Notes under the pieces: generated by a model
Database searches by the model: none
Seen by the model: the letters and a program-made list of their open reading frames with translations, nothing else
What the model was told of the DNA's origin: nothing
Shown: one piece after another, positions 23,405-35,519 of the stretch
Layout: the number at the start of each line of letters is the position of its first letter
Position numbering within the stretch: position 1 is the stretch's first letter
From: Psammoneis japonica
Lineage: Eukaryota
NCBI GenBank assembly: GCA_008632985.1
Contig: QPGO01000065.1
Span: 372,001 to 423,585 of the forward strand
Length of the DNA: 51,585 bases
Direction: 5' to 3'
Program-made: the position numbers and the translations under genes

Positions 23405-24474
23405 CGATGTCACGCCGGGACAACATATTCCACTCAACATGGAGAAGATCGAGGCCAATCGTAATTTTGCAAACAAGCTTTGGAATTGTTGCAAGTTTGT
23501 AAAGGGCAGCGCTCTGAGAGACTTGAGCGAATCGAACTTATCTGAGCGGAGTGTAGATGGACCGATGACAGAAGAAGAATTCAATGCTCTTTCTCTACCG
23601 GAACGCTATATCATCACGACATGCCATCGTCTTGTGGTTTTGGTGACGGATGAAATCGAGAGGTACCAGATAGTGGCTGCTGGAAGCAAGGTGAGCTTCT
23701 AAAGACAGACAACGAATCTGGAAATGGCTGTTATCTAACTGAGACACCGCTCATTGTTTTTACAATTCTATGGGTTTTTTGTGGAATCAATATGCAGACT
23801 GGTAAGTTGAAATTTCGAAGACTCACCTTTACGAAGGAGCAGGAGCAGGCGAAAAAAAGAGGACGCTGAAGCCGCTCGACGTGTTCTTGTCTGTGTTTTG
23901 GACACGAGTTTGCGTCTGCTACACCCCTAAATGCCTTACGTGACTGAGACTTGCGGATTGACCTCGGATGGAAGCTGTAAGAACTTTCGAATGTTTTCAG
24001 GCTCTTATTCGAAGTATCCGTAACACGAGGGCTGAGTACAACGTTAAGCCGGGGAGTGAATCAGGGCGACTGTAGTCGCGAGTGAAGATCTGCTTGAGGA
24101 TATTGAAACAGAGCTCAAATCTCTTTTTGCTCTTGCTAAGCTCGACCCGGATGAGGTAGCTGTGCATGCAGCTGGAAGTAAAGATGCCAAAGAAACGATG
24201 GAGATTGGCGAGTCTGCTAAGATTGTAGTCCAAGATGGTGTTAAAGCGAATTTGCCGCTCTTGGGATTGATTGACGCTGAGAAGGAACGCCAGTGGTTGC
24301 AAAAACAAAGCGAAAAGCTGACAATGGAGATCCAGAAGCTTACATGGAGATTGAAGTCCAGTGGATTTGTTGATAAGGCACCTGCTGCTGTTGTACAGCA
24401 AGCCAGGATTAGCTTGCAACACTGGAAGATCAATTTTCCTAAATCAAAAGCAGCCTTTTGGCACTTCCCAAGTA
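23405..24474 (+). pseudogene. valS: Valyl-tRNA synthetase C-terminal fragment
   Basis: TPGQHIPLNMEKIEANRNFANKLWNCCKFV, LWNQYADW*VEISKT, VLDTSLRLLHP*MPYVTE, LIRSIRNTRAEYNV and LIDAEKERQWLQKQ...GFVDKAPAAVV. In-frame stops are shared by both copies. Confidence 0.92.
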
Positions 24475-24978
24475 GAACTCTCAGATTTCGTCTTATCTAT
24501 ATATCTCTCTCTCTAGCTAGTTCAAAACTAACTTCACGTCTTCTTCCCCAGATTTAATGATTGAGGAAGGGGTAATGGCAACTGAATACTGAACAAGACA
24601 CATTGTCAAGAACAGAATAAGGCGAGCGAAGCTTACAATTGAACAGCCGACTATTACAAACTACTCTCCTTGGTAGAGGGAGTTTTAGCATTACTTTCGA
24701 ACATACAAACTTAGTCGATTGCAATTGTACGACGTCGATGGACGTTCCTATGCCAGAATTGCAAAATATGCTTTGTAGTGATATTCAATATTCAGATATA
24801 TCTCAACTTGACTACGGTAGCATAGTACTCTACAGAATAAGGCAATCAAAGGGAACCGCCGACTATTACAAATTACTCTCCCTCGTGCTCATCGAGGAAG
24901 CATTAGTATTAGTTTCAAACATACATACATGTGCTAGATGGACGTTGCTAGAGGGCCCAGTAGCAACAACATCGCGAC

Positions 24979-26094
24979 TTAGGCAAGACGGGTCTTGCCT
25001 TGTTCCTCGCGACCGCGAAGCTTCAGCTCCAGCTCCAGCTCTGCAATGCGCTTAACGAGGAAAGCACGATCCGCATCCTCACAAGAAGCTGCTTCCTCGA
25101 TGCGAGGCATGGTGCGAGCACGCTTGGAAGGGGACTCAAAAGAGCTGGCATCCTCTGCCTCAGCAATGCTTGGAGATTCCACAGTGGGTGGATTCCTACT
25201 AGACTTGACAGGGGTGGGAGGCACACGCGCGCCCATTCGAGGAGGCCAATGTAGGTTGCAAAACGTTTGGCGAGTTCCCAGTGCTTTTCGTTCGGGCGGC
25301 GGAAGGCGAGGATTTGAGCGGGACCGTAGGTTTGAACAAACTCCGGGTCATCAAACGGAAGCGAGCGGGAAACGTCGGTCTCTTCCCCACCCCAGTTCTT
25401 CACAGCATACATGAGATCCTCGATTGCGTCGACACTGTACTTGAGGTAAATGTCCATCGCAGACCTAACCTTGAGCGCAGCCGGGACATCTGACGCATGA
25501 AACTGTAGCAGCAACGGCTCAATATCTGCGCCGACTGGAACTGTCCCCAAAAAGAAGGTGTGAGCGTTCCACTCGCGGGTCAAGTCGTTGTGTTCCGCCC
25601 TCCACTCGTTCTCAGATTCTTCGGCCAGATTAATCGCGTCGTCCTCGCGCTGCAGCTCCGCCTCCATCATCGTCACAGCAGCCGTCGAGCGCGCCAACCG
25701 CTCGCGATCTTCGGCCTCGGTAGCCCTTGCTTCAGCCAACGAAGCTGCCCGCTTTCCCCTCGCCTCGACAGCTGCCGCCTTCCGCTGGCTCAAACGTAAT
25801 CCTTCGGCCTTGCTTGCCCTGCGGTAATACGACAAACAGCAATACCAAGAGGTGAGTATCCTCGGAACCTCAGAACAAAAGTCGGTGCGAATTAGCAATC
25901 ATCAGCACAAAAACTCACTCGAATTTCGCGTCGTACTCTCGCCGCACGGTCACAGGGTTCCTCGTCGAGTTTTCCAGCACGACGTTCTTCGCCCTCTCCT
26001 CCGCAGGAAGCAATACATGGGTGCCGAGCGTCAGGAGAAGAGCCTTCTTCCACTCCTCTTGCGCGTAAAACGTTGGGCTGAACCTCATGGACAT
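24979..26094 (-). CDS. Orphan spliced gene (one intron, 25819-25918), coiled-coil-rich
   Basis: The GTGAGT...CCGCAG intron joins YDAKFE to ASKAEG in frame. A single frameshift near 25232 is absent in the second copy. Confidence 0.65.
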
Positions 26095-27109
26095 GGCGGA
26101 TGATGGTACGGATATGATGTGCAATGGACTCGTCGCAAAGAGAAAATTATGAGAGCAAGGAATGAGCAGACTGAATGAGCAGTCACGGGAAATTTACGGA
26201 CATGAGTTGCTGGCGGCATTTATGAACCACCAGGACGCGTCTCCTTTTTTCCCTCCGACGTTTGTTGCAGACAGAATCGGGAGTGTGTTTGATGTATTTG
26301 ATTTTTGTCCAACGAGTTTGTGCGTCAATTGATGAGTGAAGGAGCCACGGTCATAACATCCCGTTCGTCGACTCGCGAAAAGCCTTGTGCTGGACTCTGT
26401 CATTAACAGCCGACAAAAGTATGGGGTACAATTACTATGTCACTTCTCGGATCTGGAAACGAATGTTACCCTCACTTGTTGTAATCTGACTGTGCGCTGC
26501 TGCTTTGTAGAACGTCGAACCTGCTCATCGTCTCATCGTCAAGTTTCTTGGAGCAAATTTCCAAATTCTCGAATTTCAAAATCACATGTGGACGAGAGAC
26601 ATGCCACGTGGAAGCAAAAACGTTCATCTGTATTTTGATTTCGCACCCAAACAAACCGCCAAGCGAACTCACAAGGATACAGTGCCCTCGGTAAACACAC
26701 ACCCACCGTTCTCCTCTCTCCTCTCGCCTTGACTTACCTCAGTAGTCTATTTTAGGGCTACCGGTACAAGCTTTATTGCTAAAGGCTTACCTGGTATCCT
26801 CAAGCACGATACGAATGCCATTCTACCACTAGGGCCCTAAGACACGTGGCAGAATGATGCCTGATGTTCGCCACGAGAACGCTGTGGGCTGGACTCTGGC
26901 GCATCAATCCGCGCAGACGCACAGAGTGTTGAAAATCCTCAAGTAAGTGTTGGAACTCATTCTCCAGAATCATCCGGCCTCGGCTTGAATTATGATAAGG
27001 ACGACAAGGGTGATCTTCCTATATCGTTTGATCCCAATTTTGGTGGTGGTCTACATGCAAACGAAGAAGAACAGCAACGGAGGAGCTCTCTTTCCAAAGC
27101 TGTTTTGTT

Positions 27110-27410
27110 TAATCAAGGCCATGCGGTTTGGAAAGCTCCATGCATTCGATTTATTTGCACGTATGGAATTGATTCAATGTGCAGTAATGCAATACCCGGA
27201 TGAACTGCAACACATCGATCATACAAAAGGCAACACGCCTCTTCACGTGGCATGCATGGCTCCTCCAGTGCTACAAGTCGGATGCTGTTGTAGTGGGTTG
27301 ACGAGGATGCGACCGGCTGTCTTTTTGAAACAGCATCCCGAGGCGGCCAAGGTGCGAAACCGTGAGGGACAATTTCCGCTGATGGTTGCACTGGAGCACA
27401 GCAAGGACGA
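27110..27410 (+). pseudogene. Ankyrin-like repeat gene fragment
   Basis: QYPDELQHIDHTKGNTPLHVAC...LKQHPEAAKVRNREGQFPLMVALE. Confidence 0.65.
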
Positions 27411-27531
27411 TGCGGAGCACGCGGCTGCATCGTTGGCTGGGTTATCTTTACGCCAGTGGTGAGCTCACCCTAGCTTTTGTTCTGTGCGTGTTCCGTTGTC
27501 AATGCTTGCCAATACCCACACTTTCCTGTCA

Positions 27532-28345
27532 GGTGCAAAAATCAATGATGAAGTTCGATAACGTAAAACAGGCGGCTCATTCGGACTCTTCGTTTACCGC
27601 TGGGCCTCTCCGTGCAGCAAGAAGAGCAACCAGTACAATACAGCACGCAGTGGATAGGTGGGTCTTAGTGTTGCGAATTGTGGACGTTGACGCACACCAC
27701 GGAAATGTCGTAAGTATTTGATGGGTAGTGTCTTGGTCTTGATTCGAACGATTCTCACAGAGTTTATTTTCTTTTGTTTTCGGTGGACGGAAGAAATTGT
27801 GAAAAAGTGCTACGACCCGGGGAGGCTGTTCTTCTTTTATATCCACCTCTATGACAACTTCAAGAGAAGAGGCAACGCTTACAAGCTTTACCCGGGGAGT
27901 AGTGACGCTCACAATATCATCAACGTCCCTATCACTCCGCTGTGGAAGCAACAATGAGATAGCCCCTCGCAAGTTCCGGCTGCTCCCAAAACATTTCACA
28001 ATACACGCAGAAAAGTGAAGGAGGCGGCCGCCGCCGCTACGTTCCATCCACCACCACCCTTCGGGGACAATTCCGCACCGTTGTCATCTCCTCTACCACC
28101 AATAGGCGATTCTCCGCGAGATTTTGTGGGGGCTATGAATCGTCGTCGGAGCATGGGGGTGGAGGTCTCGAAAGCGCTCGAACAAGTGACGTAGAAAGTG
28201 TGTCTCAAAGAAGTGCAACTGTTACATCAAAGCCGGGGAGTGCACGGTTCCTTTCTGGATCTGGGCGGCATACGTACCGACCGGCAATTCAGCATCACCT
28301 CTTACCTGCTCTCCGTGCTTTCAACCCCGGTCTTATCTTAATCAG
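27532..28345 (+). pseudogene. Class II-type histone deacetylase fragment with an internal deletion
   Basis: SDSSFTAGPLRAARRA..QHAVDR joined almost directly to IVDVDAHHGN (the RPPGHHA segment is missing), an intron, then TEEIVKK...IHLYD...YPG...INVPI and LLPALRAFNPGLILIS. Confidence 0.88.
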
Positions 28346-28359
28346 TGTCCACGATGCGT

Positions 28360-29445
28360 CGCCTCACGTTCTCTCCAATGAACCGCCGTCCGAAGGAAGT
28401 GCACCGCGTCATACGCAATTTCTGGATCTGACCAATGGCGAAGGAGGAGGCGGTGAAAGCTCGTTTAGCCCAGAGAGTACAGCAGAAGAACTTCGGCCTG
28501 AATCTACAATTACTAGTCCTACTGCCAGCAGTATGAAACGTCCCGCACGATTTGACCCAAACACGCCCGGTAGAGTGGTGGGTGGTGGAAGCTGGCCAAG
28601 AACTCACGGGGCGCTGGACTCGAGAAGATCACGAAGCGTTCCTTAGCGCTCTTCAACTGAATGGGAAAGAATGTAGAAAGGTAGCAGCCAAGGGGAAGAC
28701 GAGAACGGTGGTTCAGACAAGGACTCATGCGCAGAAGTACTTTCAGAAAGTAGATACGGTGATGAATGGTGCGGAGGGTAAAAAAGGAGAAGTCGCGCAT
28801 GTTGAAATGGGGGTCGCCGTAGAGGCCAAGAAGGCCAGTGCACAAAAGAAGAAACGTTTACCCCGTCAGCAGTCTGCTTCGACTCAGGCAGCCGCGCATC
28901 TCATGACTAATTTGTCATCGGTGCCTCAAACTGTAGCGTCGGTGAGTCCGTATGCTTCTTGTGGCGTTCCCGCTACCCATGGTTCGGGTCACTTTCCCAA
29001 TCCTCATGGATTCTCCACATCGTCGTCGGGAGCGCCGAATGAGCAACCCCTCCGACAACTGTATTCAGTGTCGTATCAAGGGGCTTTGGGCCAATGCAGA
29101 TTAAGGCTTGTGACCCAGATTCTGCCTTTGCGCGAGGAAAATTCCCGAACCATCACCGGCAGCGTGTGGGAAGAGGAAGGTGGCAGAGATTGCCGCGGCC
29201 CGAATGCTTGCCGATGTGGCGGCGAGTGGGGGTAGCACAGGAAAGGCAAAGAAGAAGCTCTCCTCTCTTGCGGGTGACGAAAGTCCACCTCCTCATGATG
29301 CTGAGAAGGGTCCGGCTGCTAGACGCAACGTGGCAAAGGGGCTCTCGCTTCAGATCGTGAACCCCGAGTCTCTGGGTGTGCCGCATTCGGGAAACAAGAA
29401 AAGGAGGGGTATAGATGGAGAGGCTTCTCCGACAACTCCGTGGGA
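28360..29445 (+). pseudogene. SHAQKYF-class single-repeat Myb transcription factor, degenerate fragment
   Basis: TGRWTREDHEAFLSALQLNGKECRKVAAKGKTRTVVQTRTHAQKYFQK. The conserved YG and W positions are substituted, and the fragment is fused to an HDAC piece upstream and a FEX piece downstream. Confidence 0.88.
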
Positions 29446-29454
29446 TGTGGTCAG

Positions 29455-30320
29455 TGGCCTTTTTGGAAGGGATATGACGATTGGATATTGATCAGTCTCC
29501 TTGGTTTCTTGGGGATGCTCTTTGTTTCTTTGGGATTGTTGGGGAGTGGCAAGCACAAGTACAATGCGCAACTGTTTGCGTTGTACAACACACTCACACC
29601 ACAACAACTTTTTCTTCTGCATTGAATCAAGTACAAATTGAAGCCTTGGAGTATGTTTTTCCATATGCAAGGGAGAAATGAATGTCATGGATCATTACGT
29701 CAATGATGGACGTGATCTCGGGACGGAATAACGACCCAACAATAACGATGATTCCTTGTATGATTTGAATTTTACACAAGAACAAGATGATGACGAAGAA
29801 CGAATTCATGTAGTGGTGCATCATCAAGATGACGACAACGAGAGTGACGAACTTAACAACAAGAAAAAGCAAGACGTAGAGTTGAGTACCATTCGAGAAG
29901 CAGACAAACCCAATAGCTCAAGACTGTAATGACAAGGAAGACGACAAGGACGCTGTCGTGGGCGTTCTTTCGAGGAGTCGACTCAACTACGTCGTCTCGC
30001 GTCATTACACGCAATGGCAATGATCCCTGTCGGGACAAAGCCATACTGCTACCACCGAAACCCCGTCGAAGGCAAAGGATTGGAACAAGTTTTTCACAGT
30101 GTGTCGGTGTCGGCCATGAGCTCCGGCTTGTTATTAGTATTGGGATTTCGGACGGGCTTTTTTGGAGCGCTTTCCAGTTTTTCCTCGTGGAATTCCAGCA
30201 TGGTGATGCTGTTGCAAAATGGATGTATTGGACAAGCCGTGGTGGGATACGCGATTGAATTGCAACTACCCATTGTATCGTATCGGTTTTACCATCATGC
30301 GGCGTTGTATTTGTTTGTTT
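29455..30320 (+). pseudogene. Fluoride exporter FEX/CrcB-family N-terminal fragment
   Basis: LVLG(F/L)RTGFFGALSSFSSWNSSMV...VGYAIELQLPIVSYRF resembles the CrcB GxxTGFxGxLTTFSS motif. Upstream hydrophobic GYDDWILISLLGFLG segment. Stops and frameshifts present. Confidence 0.75.
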
Positions 30321-30789
30321 GAAGATGTCGGCGTGAAACCAGACGAGAGATGAGCGACGAGAATGTGGATTGCGATGGATCTCTGTTGCTGGTAAATCAG
30401 AGTCTTTGAGTTCCAAACCTTAATAAGAACGACATTGACGGAAATAGATAGAGCAAGCCTCTGGATTTCTAGTCCCGGGGCGCAAACAACGAAGCTGGAG
30501 CCACAAAATACGCACACTGTCATACAACTAGAGCACAATTCATTTGCCAAAACCCATCATCCGAATTGATCAAGCTTCCAATCATACGGTACATAATGAA
30601 AGCTCTAGCGTAGAATAAACATTGCATCCACTCAATTCCGTTAGGTTCAAGGTTTCTTGTACGTAATGAAAATCGATTCAAGCAAGGCGAGGCCGCTTGG
30701 TTTCGATGCGCCGCTGCTGTCATCCACAGGACTGAAGAAGTGCTTGGCGGTGTGCTGATGCGTTACCTGCAAATTCTGTAGCAACACGC

Positions 30790-33200
30790 AATGTTGCAGT
30801 TGGTGCATCTACCTCTGAAGAGAGCTTCCCATGCATGGAGGGGCATTGGGGGGCTTCAGGAACCAGCTCACCAACATCCCACCCCCCAACAACCTCCCCC
30901 CCCCACACACAGCCATCAGCAACTCATCAATGGCAGGGACCCAGCCAGCAAACCCCCCATGCTGACTCCAGCACCATTGTCAACACCCACACACCTGCCA
31001 ATCTAATCCTCCATCTTCATGCCCTGCTTTTCCTTCAGCACCATCATCATCTCCAACACAAGGCCCAGCCCTTCCAATGACAGCTTGGCCCTCCATCTGG
31101 AAAGTGTTGTTGCTCTGGTTCAGAGTTGATCTGTGCTTGACAACAACCCTGTGTTCTCATGTTCTCAACAAGTGCTCATCAACTGTGTTCAAAAAAATGT
31201 GTTCAAAAAGCCTTCAACAACTGAGCCAATCAGCAAAAAGTGGGAAACAATGCTTGACAAAATTTTGTCTTGCAGTGCATTTGATCTTGACAAGAGATCA
31301 ACTTTGCAAACATTGACAACAATTCTTTTTATGACCCACATTGTTCCAACAATTGAGCCAGTTGGCAAAGCAAGAAATGACAATGAATGAAATTTTCGAC
31401 TTGCAAAGAGTTTTGTTTTTAACAACAGCACATCATTTGCAGCAACATGCTGTTGTGACTCATGTCTGTCAATGCCCACATCAATTCACCCCATTAATTT
31501 GCTGTTGCCCTCCTGGCTGTGTGTGGCTTGCAATTTGATTTGTGCACTCTGTGATTTAGATTTTCTGCACTGAATTATGTTGCAGTCTGTTTCTTGCTCT
31601 CTTTTCTCAAGCCCTTTGCTGTCTGCACATGATGCCACCCTCTTGCAGCTGCACTTGCATGACACTGTGGTGCTCTGCAATTCTGGTGTCCATGAGGATC
31701 TTCTGTCATTTCACACTGTGACCTCACACACTCTTGCTTTTGTTGAAAAGTTTGCTGGGTCAACCAAAGCTTTGCTCACAAAAAAAGAAGAGGGCGCAAC
31801 AATTGTCAATTCTGGATGTGTTTCATTTTGAATCATCTTTGCTTTTTGGCACAGCTTCTGCTCACCTTTCTGCATCCCCTGCGGCACTGTCTTCCCATCT
31901 TGCTCAGCTTTCATGTCGACATGCCTGAGCTCCAAGATTGGCAAAAGTGTCAATTGTTTGCATTGTTCTCATGCATGCATGCTTTCACACCTCACATCCT
32001 TTCTCTTGCCTCAGCTTGCCTCTTGACTTCATTTGGCTGTGCCCAGCCCTTTGCTCTGCTGTTGCCTTCCTGCAAGGCCATCATTGTCAGGATGTTGGGT
32101 GGGCTCTCCTGTGTTTTGCATTTTGTGTCTTGTGAGGCAGTGATGATTTGTTGTTGCACCCACACCAAGCCAGTCAGCCAAGGTGATCAGCATCTGTGTC
32201 ATTGTCTGGCCATTTTTTTTTCCTCCATGTTTGCCTGCGCTGTTGCAGGCTTCAATGATTTGAGCTGACTCAAATTTGCAGTTGTGTCAGCAGAAGATCA
32301 ATGTCTCAGTTTTTGTCACACTTGTGTGGTGTCTTTGCAGGACAGCAGAGCAGATGCCCAATGCAGTCAGTGCACTTTGTTTTCATGCAGCACAAGGCAG
32401 CAGAGCAAGACAAAGACTTGCACTTGCAGCCACTCTCCTTTGCACGTCTCCTGGCCCAAGAAAAAATGCTTGCACAAACCATGGGAAAGAGAGTGCTTTT
32501 TCATTGTGACCACCAACTCTTCCTCCATTGGACAAAGCTTCTTGGCGGTTGCAAAAGCCAAGCTTCTTCCATTTCCTCCAAATCCAGTGCATCAAAGTGG
32601 CACGCCATGCTGTCATCATTGTCAAAGAAAGCTCTGCATCATTGTCCATGTCAATGTGGGAAGAGGACAAGCGAGAACAGTGATCCCTTGACAGTGAAGA
32701 GCAAGGGAGCATGTCAAACTTCTTCAAAAAGAAAACAGCACATCATCATGGAGTGGTGTGCCAATGTTGGACATCTCTCAAGCAAGAGAGATGGCTTCAA
32801 GCTGTGCTCAGTCTCAGGCAAGCACCAAAATCACTGCTGCCATTGCAAAGTCACTCACCACCATGTTCATTGGCAGAGAAATTGCTGTCATTCACCCATT
32901 GAGATTCTTGGACAGTGGCAGGAGGAAAAAAGAGGGGGGACAAAAACAATGGATCATCACCGTCGAGAAGGACAGGGGGCTGAATCCATCAGCACCCAAG
33001 CCAAGGGAGTGGTTGACAGATCCTGACTGACCCAACGAGCACGGTGCAGCAGCATTGCTTGAGGAGCCAATGGGAGAGGGAGGTGAAAGAGCACTAGGGA
33101 CATGTGCTGGGTGTCCCTTTTCACTTGATGTTTTGCTTGCTCCTGAGCCTCAGGGCGGTGTGGTGGAGCAACAGCTGTCAAGAAGAAGGCTGGCGAAGAA
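30790..33200. mobile_element. TpA- and CpG-depleted domain D, probable decayed transposon-derived insert
   Basis: No TA seen between about 31578 and 33094 and very few CG. The minus-strand EEELVVTMKKHSLSHGLCK is only weakly reminiscent of CACTA/Plavaka-type transposase N-termini. Confidence 0.5.
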
Positions 33201-33279
33201 AACTACTGTAGCATGTCTCAGGCATTCTCTTCATCATCAGCATACGTTTGTATTTGCTTTATTTTCTTCGATTGTTTTA

Positions 33280-35448
33280 CTACATCAACAGAGAATAAGG
33301 TCCGAACCTGAGTGGGACTGTGTCCAAGAAAATCCAAGTCATGGCGCCCACCCTTTTCGATATGCATGGCAACGTAAAGCTCCTCGTATACATTTGCTAC
33401 TCGAGCAGCAATCTGGGACTGAGCACGTTTCCTCAGAATGGGATCCTTAATGACAGAGTCGAACGATGGAATGGGAGGCGAATAAAGAGACGCATAGAAT
33501 TCGCGAATACACGTTTGAACCTCTGGAGGTGAAAGACCAGGCTGTGATGCCATCGTCATGCCTTCAACATGAACTTGTTGCATACGAGTCCATGCGACCA
33601 ATAGAGAGCCCAATCCTACAAGCTCCAATACTTCTTTCGTGTCATCTTCGACCAAGGCATCAATCAATGCTTGTTCCTTATCGGAGATCAAGCGATTGAA
33701 TCTGTTCGTCACCTCTTCCTTGAGCCCAGCCTTCTGGACCACCAACATGGAAGACTTGATAGTCACGGCGTCACCCAAAGACTTGCAAGATGACAAAGCA
33801 GCTTCAACCAGCGTCTCGCAGAGAAACTCCAGCGATAGGGATACTTCAATGCCAGTCGCTCCCCGAAGGACAGGGAAGGTCAACTGAAAATCCCGGAGAT
33901 GTTTTGCGCCTCTGTGATTTCTGCCATCATATCGTGTGCCATAGATGCTTCCGATTCTCCAGAGATCATGGTAAGTGACTCCAACTTTGCTCCGTGGACA
34001 CGAATAGACGCAGCATACGCATGGGACCCTTCCTGCAAGCACTCAAGGACGGCTTTCACAAGAGGGCTCTCGTGTAGTTCGTCTCCGTCATCGTTGGTTG
34101 AAAGCTTTTCATAGCCTTTGAAAATGCGGAATGATAGAAAAGCAAGAGACCGCATATTGAGTACAAGGATGATACACGAGACCGAGACGCCATCTGCTCT
34201 AGCTCTTTCATTCGTCTTGGTCTCCGTCCTCGTGTTGAGGGCGCTTGGCCAGAGAAGCAATAACCTGAAGGATTCTTGACTTGAGTGGCCTGGATACCCC
34301 ACTCATGGCATACGCCAAAATCTCTACAGCGGACATTGGCTTCTCGCCGCCAAGCATATCGGTATCCTTGTCGCTGCGGCTCGGTGTAGAAACTTCATCT
34401 TCATCGTGCGGAGGCTTGTATTCAACGAGACCACGGGCTACATCCGCTTCGACGTTGTAGGAGCAAAAGACATGAACCAACATATCCCCAACATAATTGA
34501 CGGGATCGTGCGCTTTGACTTCAAAAGGGGGCATTCCATTGTAGGCAGAAGTCAACGCCAAGAGGAATGGTCTCGTCTCTTCTGATCTTCTGTATGTAGC
34601 AATCACCTCGATCAAGTGAGATTAGAAAGCGGGCACATCCATTCCCAAAAACAACAAAGAAATTGCTTGACAAAGTCTAGGCACAGCGCTTCGTCCAAAG
34701 CATCATCATCCACTGGTTTCTGCGGCTGCTGCGACTTGTAGATTCAGATGAATTTGCAACCACTGATAGAGCCGCTCGTATGCTCGTTCCTGTTTTGAGG
34801 CCAACGACTCCATCATTCTAATAGTAGAAGTAGCACCGAGACTTTGCTTAATCGAATCAGTGCCTCCCTGTATTTCTATATCCGTTCCACACGTTTTGCT
34901 CAACTCATGCCGAATGGTACGGACACTACCCAAAGCCTCGAGAAACTGCATACCTCTCGTGTCAAAGTCGTCAAAGGCGTACTGATCCAGCAAGAGCGAC
35001 TCGTTCTCGGACAAGATTTCGTTCTTCAAACGCTCTTGCCAGTTCAGCCGCTAGTTCTTCTTCACCTCCTACTTCAGGCGACGACTCCTCAGATTTTGCT
35101 TCTGACGAGGTAGCTCCACAGTCCACAGGTACCGGTCCTGAACACTCGCACTCGCTTCACGCCCAGTCGACGCTGTTTCTGTGACACTTCGCCTCAAGTC
35201 CTGAACTGTCTTGACAAGATTCTGAAGTTCCTCTTGCATTGAAAGAGCATGTGCCAGAGCGTCCGCTTCAATCGCAACTCGCACCGTCGCACCGACCGTG
35301 AAGAATCAATCACGGGCATATGCGCCAGTGCTTCTAACGCTGCCTTCATTGCTGCCGTATCTGTACGAACCTCCAACGCACGAGATACCTTGTTGGCAAG
35401 GATATCGGCACCCGTAGATGCGGTGGCGTTCTCATCGTTGTCGGCCAT
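33280..35448 (-). pseudogene. COG6: Conserved oligomeric Golgi complex subunit 6, multi-frameshifted
   Basis: ILANKVSRALEVRTD, MESLASKQERAYERLYQWLQ, FLLALT..PFEVKAHDPVNYVGDML and GHSPTQVRTLF, spread over at least five frames. Some frameshifts could be sequencing errors. Confidence 0.85.
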
Positions 35449-35519
35449 GGTTCACAATTTAGTAGCATGCAGAAAACGGCTTGCGTGTGCGCGGCATAAC
35501 ACCACGAGATCGGGACGAA

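Larger units (their letters stand above)
22600..33955 (+). repeat. Copy 1 of a large near-identical direct duplication
   Basis: 22600-30000 matches 39299-46696 (offset about 16.7 kb), and 29045-33955 matches 46698-51585. Confidence 0.95.
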
